Shown here: positions 53,990-62,492 of the stretch, one piece after another | Numbering within the stretch: the first letter of the stretch is position 1 | Layout of the letters: each line of letters begins with the position of its first letter | Sequence record: NC_042056.1 | Reading direction: 5' to 3' (one strand) | Length of the DNA stretch: 64,000 nt | The notes under the pieces: model-generated | The model's input: only the letters and a program-made list of their open reading frames with translations | Databases searched by the model: none | Told to the model about the DNA's origin: nothing | Position numbers and translations under genes: made by a program

Positions 53990-54030
53990 TAACTTAACTT
54001 ATCTTAAAATATAAATACTGGAGAATCACC

Positions 54031-54252
54031 ATGCGCAACTTATTCACTACTAACAAAGCTATCGTTGAAACTGTTAAACCTGCTGGCAAGAAAGAAGACA
54101 TGCTGGACCTGCTGCTGAAACTGAACAGCAATGAGCTGACCGCGGTTATGGCTGAGATGAAAAAGGGTGACCCTATGGTCAGCAAAGTCGAGGCCATCTA
54201 CGACCGCAAGTCTGATGGCAAGATGAAAAGCACCATGTTGTTCATGTGCTAA
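54031..54252 (+). CDS. small hypothetical protein
   Basis: 73 aa ORF, SD GGAGA. Confidence 0.72.
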   Translation: MRNLFTTNKAIVETVKPAGKKEDMLDLLLKLNSNELTAVMAEMKKGDPMVSKVEAIYDRKSDGKMKSTMLFMC

Positions 54253-54277
54253 GGGTAAATGATGCGACAACCAATAC

Positions 54278-54332
54278 GCTGACTCTCGGGTAGCCGAGAG
54301 TCAGCTGAGGCGCGTGTGTCATTTATTTTTTT
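54278..54332 (+). terminator. stem-loop / probable terminator
   Basis: GCTGACTCTCGG-GTAG-CCGAGAGTCAGC, 12-bp stem; T8 tract about 20 nt downstream. Confidence 0.6.
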
Positions 54333-54431
54333 TGATTTTTCCCGTGGTTGACACACTCTTCTTTTTTCTTGTTGGATAAGCGGCAAGATGCTATGGACGT
54401 CACCCCAACACTTACATGAGGAACATGCACC

Positions 54432-56234
54432 ATGGTTATCACTGCTACTGCTTCTGACCGTTGTGCATCAATTGGCGCATTGCGCGCGAGTGAGCCGGTA
54501 TTCCCCGGACAACGTATTGATTTGAAAGAATATCGTCAAGGCTCCGGCTTTGGTGGTGGTTTCTTTATTCACGACGACACCGACACGTCAACTCCTGATG
54601 ATGGCGGCTATTGTGTTGTCACCCCTAAAGGTGCTCGCTGGAAACGTGCACTGAACTCCCTGCATGAGCTGAACATTTGTCACTTTGGCGCAGAAGGGAA
54701 CGGAGTCGATACCGCAGACGCGTTTGCGCGAATGATGGCCTTCTCCCAAAAGAACATTCCGGGTATGGGCGTGCAGTATCCGACCGGTACCTTTAAACTG
54801 TCGAAATTCACCAACACAAAAGAACTGGGACGCTTCCGCGTCGCCGGTGCTCCGATTGATGCCGACTACGGTTACTTCACGGGCACCACGCTTTACGGCA
54901 ACAACGACCAAGAAGGGTTCATCTTGGATATTGTTGCACGACGTACTGCTATTTCGAATATCAACTTCGAAGGGGCAGTCGATATCAACGCGGAGAGCAA
55001 CAAGAAGGTTGCCGGTAAGATGGGCTTCCTGCGCAACACCTGTCCGGGCGGTCAGTACATCCGCGTCGGTAACTGGACCAGCTCGTTTGTGGGTGGTGTG
55101 ACCTTTAGCATCCTTGATGCGTTGGACACCAAGTTCGACCAGTTCTACGTGTCTAAACACACCAACAGCTTTATTCGTGGTCGTTGGTCTGGCCAGACGT
55201 GGGGTGTGTGGGATCACGAAACCGCCATTGAGCTGTGCAACTTCAACATCCAGAGTTGTACTGGCCCACATGCGCTTGACCTGCCGCGTGCGACACAGTC
55301 ACAAATTACCAACGGTTGGATTGAGCACACCGAGAATCCGGGCGACCTGTCTGATGGCCATTGGCTGATTGACAACTTCTCGATTGAAGACTCGGGCAAA
55401 ATGCTAATTCAAAACGCCCGCCTAACGCGTCATCACATCAACCTGCAAGGGACGAGTGGTTTCGACAAGGGCACTGGCGTATCGAATTGGCCGGGGCTGT
55501 CTGGGTACGAGAAAGGTGACCTACAGCTCGAATGGCACGGCATTGAAGCCGCGGGTTCTATTGCTGCAAAATACTTTGCCCCCATCGGTCGCATGGATAA
55601 CAACAAAGCTACTTCGCAGTGGTTCTATCTGGGCAGCATCCGTACCACTGGTGTGGGTGAGAACGTCAAGATTACCCTGCAAGGCACCCGTGGTTATAAC
55701 GGTGTGAATGCCAGTGAAACCCGTTTGGGTGGCGGTGGTAGTGCACACGGCGCGGGTATCATCAGTATCAAAACTGTATCGTCTAACTACGCCGATGTGC
55801 AATGGGATGGAGAAGGTTCCTGCCCGGTGAAGAACGTGAAGTTCACGAAGCCGTTCAAGAACACCTGCCACCTCTTCGTTGAGTTGTTTGACTGGACGCG
55901 TTACATCTCACCGAAAGTTGAGGTTACCTCGAAGTCACGTTTTGAAGCCGGTATTCCATTCGACTTCAGCTTCGTAGGCACGCCGATTTCGCTTGAAGAA
56001 ATGCAAGCGATGGCTGATGCGCAGACTGCGGCAGCGGGTAACGCCGTGACACTAAACGATGCCATTACCGGCATGTATCTGGGTGCCAAGAACGGTATTG
56101 GTTGGAACGGAAACGGTGAACTGCTGTTACGCTTTGCATTAACTAACGGGTATTTACCTGTGCGGATTACCGATCCGGTAACCGAACGTGTAACCCAAGG
56201 GTACATCAAAGTCGAAACATCGTTGCCGGTGTAA
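54432..56234 (+). CDS. amsF: AmsF/WceF-like tailspike-fold (beta-helix) exopolysaccharide glycan-modifying enzyme / depolymerase
   Basis: 600 aa. GGG.F....DDGG....W.R head, FGA.G.G.D beta-helix cap, then GQY.R, DALDTKFDQFY, WDH.TAIELCNFNIQ, LPRATQS.I.NGWIEH..PGD and W.GEG..PV, as recalled from Erwinia AmsF/Pantoea WceF. No signal peptide. Confidence 0.7.
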   Translation: MVITATASDRCASIGALRASEPVFPGQRIDLKEYRQGSGFGGGFFIHDDTDTSTPDDGGYCVVTPKGARWKRALNSLHELNICHFGAEGNGVDTADAFARMMAFSQKNIPGMGVQYPTGTFKLSKFTNTKELGRFRVAGAPIDADYGYFTGTTLYGNNDQEGFILDIVARRTAISNINFEGAVDINAESNKKVAGKMGFLRNTCPGGQYIRVGNWTSSFVGGVTFSILDALDTKFDQFYVSKHTNSFIRGRWSGQTWGVWDHETAIELCNFNIQSCTGPHALDLPRATQSQITNGWIEHTENPGDLSDGHWLIDNFSIEDSGKMLIQNARLTRHHINLQGTSGFDKGTGVSNWPGLSGYEKGDLQLEWHGIEAAGSIAAKYFAPIGRMDNNKATSQWFYLGSIRTTGVGENVKITLQGTRGYNGVNASETRLGGGGSAHGAGIISIKTVSSNYADVQWDGEGSCPVKNVKFTKPFKNTCHLFVELFDWTRYISPKVEVTSKSRFEAGIPFDFSFVGTPISLEEMQAMADAQTAAAGNAVTLNDAITGMYLGAKNGIGWNGNGELLLRFALTNGYLPVRITDPVTERVTQGYIKVETSLPV

Positions 56235-56240
56235 TATTGT

Positions 56241-56276
56241 GTGGGGCACCTCGGTGTCCCACTTTATTCTTTTTTT
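56241..56276 (+). terminator. intrinsic terminator
   Basis: GTGGGGCAC-CTCG-GTGTCCCAC plus T tract. Confidence 0.78.
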
Positions 56277-56372
56277 GTGCCAAACAAGATGGGCCTTTAA
56301 TATGCTGGCAGGGGGTTAACATTACCGCGGTAGTGTTTGGCCTTATTACACCTTAATAACCGAGTTAACGCG

Positions 56373-57167
56373 ATGTCTTTTAAATCCAAACAGAATCTGC
56401 TTAAACTCATCAACAAAGAGAACAAAATCTCCCCGGAGCTGACGTTCGATGATGTTGATATCTCTCTGCCGGAGGTGGTTTCAGTCGACGGTCGTGATTC
56501 AAAGGTTACGTTAACCTCGAAAATCAGGGGCGACGAAGGATCACAGGTTGAGGTGACATACCACCGTCGCGATCTACCTGACTATATTCTCGGCGATCTG
56601 AGGTTCGATACAATCGGTGTGGTCACGACCCACGATTATATTCCCGCGCTAAACGATCGTTTCGATTTGAACCTGCTTCCGGAAGACCTGGAAGACGCCC
56701 CGGTCGCGGGTGATTCGCATACGGTAGTTGCCGTGCCGACATCACACGAATGGCGTGGGAGCGTTACATTACAACTTGTTACCGCAGTACCGTTAGCATC
56801 TGTTGTCCCTCTTACTGAATTAGATGGACTGTTGTATCCTGATCATCAAACGACGACGCTGGGGCAAGCCTCCGTGTACTCGTACTATTTGGATGCAAGT
56901 AAACTGGCTAGCTGGGTTCCTTCACTGCGCGCCGGTACAGCGGACATGACTGCCTTTGCGAAGGCGTTAAATACGATTGTACCTGAGCTGTGGGTAAATG
57001 AACTCAATGCGGTACCTTACAACCTTTCACAAGCAGTAGTCCAGTTTTACGGCAGCCCGTCGATGATTGCTGGTACGAACCCGGCGTTTGACAGTGTCCT
57101 CGGCTTAGAGTTGGGTCCACTGTGTACGAACTTCCAGGGCACCTTACTGCTGCACTTTAACAACTAG
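56373..57167 (+). CDS. virion tail/baseplate-fibre paralogue family member 1
   Basis: Shared N-domain (LL.LIN..N...Y.R.DL...LN.RF.L) and C-domain (DGL.YP..GQA..YSY...YNL..A.V...G...LHFN). ATG 56373 preferred over TTG 56337. Confidence 0.7.
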   Translation: MSFKSKQNLLKLINKENKISPELTFDDVDISLPEVVSVDGRDSKVTLTSKIRGDEGSQVEVTYHRRDLPDYILGDLRFDTIGVVTTHDYIPALNDRFDLNLLPEDLEDAPVAGDSHTVVAVPTSHEWRGSVTLQLVTAVPLASVVPLTELDGLLYPDHQTTTLGQASVYSYYLDASKLASWVPSLRAGTADMTAFAKALNTIVPELWVNELNAVPYNLSQAVVQFYGSPSMIAGTNPAFDSVLGLELGPLCTNFQGTLLLHFNN

Positions 57168-57176
57168 GAGGGCTGA

Positions 57177-58019
57177 GTGTCTATCTACAAGAAACCCTCA
57201 CGCGAGATGTTGTTAGATGCCATCAACCGCCAGAACAACCTGACGGCAAAACCCCTGACATGGAACCAAATCGCTTCGGGTTATCCTGAAGAGGTGTTGA
57301 CTCCTGGGGCTGATCGCAATACCCGTGTGCTGTTATACGGTCTGAACGGTCAGGGCTATAAAGGGAACGTCACGATTGAGTACGACCGTATTCTCATGTC
57401 GATTTTGTTCCGCAATGTGATCCCAGTGGTGATTACCAATCCGGTCGATAAAGTTTCCCAACTGTTGCCTGCCATAAACGAGAAGTACGGCCTGTCACTG
57501 GTTGCTAGCGACATTGAAGACTTCTCCGTGAAAGACATGGGTGAGAATTGGATTGCAGACGTCAACATTAAACCGGCCTGTCTGGCTTGGAAGGGTACGT
57601 TCAAACTGCGTTACGCGAAGTTCTTCCCGAACCTTGCCGATGCGGTCATGGACCAAGCCCTGTTGGCGATTATCCCACCGTTTACTGTCGCTGCGAAACC
57701 GCAAGCGGAATACGTGGCGTACGGATACGACTGGACGAACATGCTGCAACAGTTCGGAACCGATTGGGCGTACAACCGTGCGCTAACTGCTGATGATGTG
57801 GATTTGCTCAACGAGGTCGTGCCATTGAAATTTGGCTACGTCACCGGAGCCACTGCACAAACCGGGCAGATTGCGTTACAGGGTGCGCGCTTTATGGGAA
57901 CGGCAGCCGTTACACCGGGTGACCAGTATGACGACTCGTTCCAGCGTGTGGCGGTTATCAAGCTAGCGGCAGACAGCAACTACGCGGGTAATCTCATCCT
58001 TCACTATCTGCCGATATAA
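57177..58019 (+). CDS. virion paralogue family member 2
   Basis: RNTRVLL.G..GYKGNVTIEYDRI, INEKYGL and C-terminal LHY; GTG follows GGAGG. Confidence 0.7.
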   Translation: MSIYKKPSREMLLDAINRQNNLTAKPLTWNQIASGYPEEVLTPGADRNTRVLLYGLNGQGYKGNVTIEYDRILMSILFRNVIPVVITNPVDKVSQLLPAINEKYGLSLVASDIEDFSVKDMGENWIADVNIKPACLAWKGTFKLRYAKFFPNLADAVMDQALLAIIPPFTVAAKPQAEYVAYGYDWTNMLQQFGTDWAYNRALTADDVDLLNEVVPLKFGYVTGATAQTGQIALQGARFMGTAAVTPGDQYDDSFQRVAVIKLAADSNYAGNLILHYLPI

Positions 58020-58027
58020 GGATTCCC

Positions 58028-58873
58028 ATGCCACTTTTAGCTACCGCAGAAGAAGTTATTCTGAAAGCGTTGAATACCGAAAACAGTCTCGACCTTAAAG
58101 TCGCAGAGGTGGTCTTCGGTACACCGGCCATTCCTACAGAACCGGACGATGTCACCAAAGCCCAGGGCTTAAACAGCATGGTGCGTATCCAAGCATTGGC
58201 GACTGCTAATGCCATTGGAGCCACCACCGTGTACTACGACCGGGTCGACTTTGCCGACATGTTTACCGGCGTGGACGGTATCCAGCCGATGCGCATTCCT
58301 GCGCGTTTAGATGCTGTCTTTACCGCACACCAAATCGTGGGGTTGATTAACCAATACTACGGTTTGAGTCTACGGGCGAATGATATTGTTGATACGGACA
58401 TCGACCGCAAAACCTGGATGATGGATTTGATTGCAACACCAACCTCCTTAGGGTGGATTGGACAGCAGCAGATTCAGCTGTTACCAGGTGATGCCCTCCT
58501 GCCGGTCAACTTTGAACCGGTGACGGTGATGCCGTACGAGTACCCGTACTTCAATACGAAGGTCGGGCAATCCGCAGTGTATTCGTATCCATGGCGTTTT
58601 GACAATTATGCAGCAGAGTTCCAGAACGCTGGGTTGTATATCACCCCTGAGCGTCTGGCGCAGATTCTGAAGACAGTCACCGGCGACGGGTGGATGGTGT
58701 ACCGTAACCCGGTTAACTACAACCTGAAAGAAGCCATCGTGGTGTATAACGGCCCGAACAAAGCATCGTTCCCGACCAACCCCTCGATTGACAATGTTCT
58801 GGTAGTCGAGCTGTCACTGTACAGTCTTAACCTTGGTGGACGTTTGTACCTCCACTACAACGATCCTGATTAA
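58028..58873 (+). CDS. virion paralogue family member 3
   Basis: YYDRVDF, INQYYGL, GQSAVYSY, YNLKEA.VVYNGPN and LHYN. Confidence 0.7.
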   Translation: MPLLATAEEVILKALNTENSLDLKVAEVVFGTPAIPTEPDDVTKAQGLNSMVRIQALATANAIGATTVYYDRVDFADMFTGVDGIQPMRIPARLDAVFTAHQIVGLINQYYGLSLRANDIVDTDIDRKTWMMDLIATPTSLGWIGQQQIQLLPGDALLPVNFEPVTVMPYEYPYFNTKVGQSAVYSYPWRFDNYAAEFQNAGLYITPERLAQILKTVTGDGWMVYRNPVNYNLKEAIVVYNGPNKASFPTNPSIDNVLVVELSLYSLNLGGRLYLHYNDPD

Positions 58874-58893
58874 TCCTGAGTAAGGGAAGTTAA

Positions 58894-59805
58894 ATGAAAC
58901 CTTTAAACAAAACGTCTGACCTGCTGGTTCTGGACTTCATCAACGAAAAGAACCCCGGTGCCGACCTCGAGTTGGGCAAAGTCAAACTGGGTACGCCGGT
59001 TCCGATTACCGAAGAAGACGCCGACCGTAACACCTCGCTGGAACTGACCGCACGTAAGAACTCCGGTTACATCGGCAAACAAGGCGTTACCTACGACCGT
59101 TTGGAAGGTGTGTCGCTGTTCCGTAACGTCACTGCGTATCTGGACGTCAAGCTGCCGAAAACCACCACCGATCTGCTGCCAACCCTGAACGCGCAGTATG
59201 GCCTCAAAATCACCGAAGACGATATCGTCCCGGCGGCGATTGCAGACAACACCAACCCACCGTTGACTGACCCGGAAGCGCCAGACCCGGCTCCGGTTGA
59301 TCATGACATCGTCTTCAAAGACGACTGCTATGCGTACCTCGGTAAAATTGCGGTGAAAATCGGGCCACGGCCACAGGTGGGTGAGCGTTTGAGCTTGGTA
59401 GTTACCCAGACCAAACTGGATGGTCTGGTGTATCCAGATGGCCCGTCTGATGATAAAGGTCAGGCGTACATCTACTCCTACGGCATCGACGCCTCGGCAA
59501 TTGCACCGTTCTTGGATGTGCAGGCAACTGGCGTTATGGCCAACGATACCGCGTTCGCGGTTGAGCTGAACAAAGTGGTGCCTGAGCTGTGGGTTGCGGA
59601 CGATGCGGTCCACGACTACAACCTGAAAGGTGCGAACGTGCTGTACGTGGGTCTGACTGCGGATGACGGTACTGCAACCGGTACCGATCCGAAGAAACCG
59701 GTAGAAGGTGCGAACCTGTCCTACAACAAAGTGATGTTGCTGGAGCTGGACGACACCAAGTGCTCTAACTTCACCGGTATCATGTTCCTGCACTTCAATG
59801 CCTAA
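58894..59805 (+). CDS. virion paralogue family member 4
   Basis: RNTSLEL..GYIG..VTYDRL, LNAQYGL, DGLVYP..GQAYIYSY, YNLKGANVLYVG and LHFN; Pro/Asp-rich insertions. Confidence 0.7.
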   Translation: MKPLNKTSDLLVLDFINEKNPGADLELGKVKLGTPVPITEEDADRNTSLELTARKNSGYIGKQGVTYDRLEGVSLFRNVTAYLDVKLPKTTTDLLPTLNAQYGLKITEDDIVPAAIADNTNPPLTDPEAPDPAPVDHDIVFKDDCYAYLGKIAVKIGPRPQVGERLSLVVTQTKLDGLVYPDGPSDDKGQAYIYSYGIDASAIAPFLDVQATGVMANDTAFAVELNKVVPELWVADDAVHDYNLKGANVLYVGLTADDGTATGTDPKKPVEGANLSYNKVMLLELDDTKCSNFTGIMFLHFNA

Positions 59806-59876
59806 GTAGGTCTCGCTGGGAGGGGGAAATCCTCCTCCTGGCGTTCTCCTTTCTTTTTTAGGCCGAGGAGGCTAGC

Positions 59877-60716
59877 ATGGCTTTATACAGTCTGTCTCAG
59901 CGACAGTTCCTGTACGATGCGATTAACGCGGAGAACCCAGGGGCTATCGAGCCAATGGGGCTGAACAACGCCGACATTGGCGTACCGAAAGCCATTCCCG
60001 CGACCCCCAGTGGAGCCAACACCGAGATTACCGTTCGTGGGCGTCAAGGGCGTGGTTACGTGGGCGTACAGACCTTCCGTTACAAACGTCTGTCCCTGAA
60101 TGATTTGTTCAAGAACATGACGCCACAGGTGACTTCTCCGAATGCGTACGGGTGGCTCAACGTATTGTCGAAGAAGACCGCGTTTGTGCAAAACATCAAC
60201 GGCCGTTATGGCATGAATTTGGTGCCGGACGATATCCCGGATGTGTACGTTTACCTGAACGTGAATAACACAGTGTCAGTGAAAGCGAGCTGTATTCAAT
60301 ATATCGGCTCCATTACCTTCCTGTCTATCCGGGGCAAGAACAACTTGGAAGAACTGGTGGTGAACGATATTCTGAACGAACTGTCACACCCAGTCCCGCC
60401 GAAAGACGGGAAGAAATCCATGGCGCTGTTGACTTACGGTCAGGACTTTACTGACGAAGTCCAAGTCATGAACTCGTTTAAGAACGGGCGTCTGGATGTG
60501 GGCAGTAACTTTGATAGCGGCTACACCACCAACTTGATGGCAACCTTGGTTGCGCGCGGACTACCAAGCTTTGACCCGACCGGGGTAAATGTGACCCGTT
60601 CGAAGACCACAGCCGTGACGGGTGCGAACACAGCGTACGATAACGTGCTGGTATTGAGTGATATTACCCTCGATGCCAACGTCGCTGGCAGCTGCATGCT
60701 TCACTACAACGATTAG
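59877..60716 (+). CDS. virion paralogue family member 5
   Basis: NTEITV.G..GYVG..F.YKRLSL, INGRYGM, LLTYGQDFT and LHYND. Confidence 0.7.
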   Translation: MALYSLSQRQFLYDAINAENPGAIEPMGLNNADIGVPKAIPATPSGANTEITVRGRQGRGYVGVQTFRYKRLSLNDLFKNMTPQVTSPNAYGWLNVLSKKTAFVQNINGRYGMNLVPDDIPDVYVYLNVNNTVSVKASCIQYIGSITFLSIRGKNNLEELVVNDILNELSHPVPPKDGKKSMALLTYGQDFTDEVQVMNSFKNGRLDVGSNFDSGYTTNLMATLVARGLPSFDPTGVNVTRSKTTAVTGANTAYDNVLVLSDITLDANVAGSCMLHYND

Positions 60717-60726
60717 GAAATAACTA

Positions 60727-61614
60727 ATGGCTATTTATCAACCTTCGAAAGACGTCCTGTTGGCGGCAGTGAACAGCCAGAACTCGCTGAGCGTTAAGAT
60801 GACCGACATCGTGTGGTCTGCACCGAAGGACATCCGTGGGACCGACAAGGAAACCACCACCCAGCGTAACACGATGGTGAAAATCACCGCTGACGGTGTG
60901 GTAGGCTCTACTTGGTCGGGAAAGAAAAACCTGTACTACAACCGCATGAAAGTGCAAGACCTCGCCATCATCCTGGGTGATACCCTAGCGATTGGTCCGT
61001 CTAACTCGACACTGCATGCTGCTTTGGTGGGTCTGAATCAGCGCTACGGTTTTGCGCTGGAAAACACCGACTGGTTAGAAGCCGACATCGAATGGAACGG
61101 CGATAAAACCGCCGGTACCGTGAAAGTGACCGCTGACCCAGACTCCCTAGGCTGGATTGGCACCTACACCTTCAAAGTAGTGAAAGGTGACGAGTCCTTG
61201 GTGTCCTCTGTAACCACCAACGTCCTGACCGGTCTCAAATACCCGAACGGGCAGATGGGTTCCGAAACCGTCAGTGCGATTATCGCTCCGGTGTACTCGT
61301 ACCCGTACAACTTCACCAAGTACCGCGACACCCTGTTGGCGTACACGCCTGGTGTCCTGTCTGGTCAACCACTGACCGACATGGTCAATCTGCTGAAAGA
61401 CATCACCGGGACGGCGTGGGTAGCAACCACTGCGGCTTCTTACGGTCTGGCGGGTGCAGAAGTGCTGAGCGTGGGTCTCAACGATCCAGTTGCAATGCCA
61501 ACCAACGCGAAGTACAAGTACGCCTTGGCCCTCAAACTGCCTGCGACCTGTACCACCATCGTCGGTACCCTGTACCTCCAGTTCAACGACCTGGACGACC
61601 CAAGCGAGGTATAA
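60727..61614 (+). CDS. virion paralogue family member 6
   Basis: RNTMVKI, YYNRMKV, LNQRYGF, GLKYP, VYSYPYNF, YGL.GA.V and LQFN. Confidence 0.7.
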   Translation: MAIYQPSKDVLLAAVNSQNSLSVKMTDIVWSAPKDIRGTDKETTTQRNTMVKITADGVVGSTWSGKKNLYYNRMKVQDLAIILGDTLAIGPSNSTLHAALVGLNQRYGFALENTDWLEADIEWNGDKTAGTVKVTADPDSLGWIGTYTFKVVKGDESLVSSVTTNVLTGLKYPNGQMGSETVSAIIAPVYSYPYNFTKYRDTLLAYTPGVLSGQPLTDMVNLLKDITGTAWVATTAASYGLAGAEVLSVGLNDPVAMPTNAKYKYALALKLPATCTTIVGTLYLQFNDLDDPSEV

Positions 61615-61617
61615 TGA

Positions 61618-62445
61618 ATGCTCAACTATGCTAAGCCGTCGAACGAACTGGTCTTTGACCTGATTAACCGCGACAACCCGAACCTGCCGTTCAAAGCCGA
61701 TGCATCCAACTGTATCGTTGAGAAGGTGACACGGGTCTCGGTTAACGCCGCGTCCAACAACCGTAATACTTCTGCACGTCTGCGTGGCGTGCAGGGCACC
61801 GGCTTCCGTGATGCCATTACGGTGTATTACGACCGTGTTGATTTGGCACGTCTGTTGCCGTGGGGTACCACGGTGCAGGCTCAGTTCGTGACCTTTGATG
61901 CGCCTAACCTGCATTCGGCGTTTGCGGTGCTGCTCGATACCTACGGGGTAAACTTCTCGGCTATCGACATCACCAACTATGGCCTGAACGGGGTGAAGCA
62001 AGCGAACTACACCTCGACCACCACCATTAACGCCCTGACAAACTCCCCGGCCTACGTCGGGTCAGCTAACGTGCGTTACAGTCGTGGTCTGCCGGTACTC
62101 GACACCTCGATTACCAAAGAGGTGTTAGTGGCACTTCAGGAACCGGTTGACCCGGCGCTGAGTCAGAAGTGTATTGACATGCTGACTTATGGTATCGATT
62201 TCACCGCGTACCGAAACCTGCTGACGGTCGACGCTTCTGGTCTGCCACAATGGGCGGGGCTGCGGAAGATTCTGGATGACCTCGGCGTGCCGAGTTATTC
62301 CGGTCCGTTGAACAGCAACACCGTGCAGGACGTGGCAACGTCAACGGCCCAATTCGCCAACAAAATCTATGACCGTGTGGTTATCCAAACGGGTATCGAT
62401 GAAGCGGGTGTGAAGGGTGTGGCGTACTATCACTACAACAGCTAA
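61618..62445 (+). CDS. virion paralogue family member 7
   Basis: RNTSARL.G..GF...VYYDRVDL, YGVNF, MLTYGIDFT and YHYN. Confidence 0.7.
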   Translation: MLNYAKPSNELVFDLINRDNPNLPFKADASNCIVEKVTRVSVNAASNNRNTSARLRGVQGTGFRDAITVYYDRVDLARLLPWGTTVQAQFVTFDAPNLHSAFAVLLDTYGVNFSAIDITNYGLNGVKQANYTSTTTINALTNSPAYVGSANVRYSRGLPVLDTSITKEVLVALQEPVDPALSQKCIDMLTYGIDFTAYRNLLTVDASGLPQWAGLRKILDDLGVPSYSGPLNSNTVQDVATSTAQFANKIYDRVVIQTGIDEAGVKGVAYYHYNS

Positions 62446-62450
62446 GTGTG

Positions 62451-62474
62451 GGGGTCCTTCGGGACCCCTTCTTC
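62451..62474 (+). terminator. weak intrinsic terminator/hairpin (cUUCGg)
   Basis: GGGGTCC-TTCG-GGACCCC plus a short TTCTTC. Confidence 0.55.
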
Positions 62475-62492
62475 TGGCGATGCGGAGTCCCT

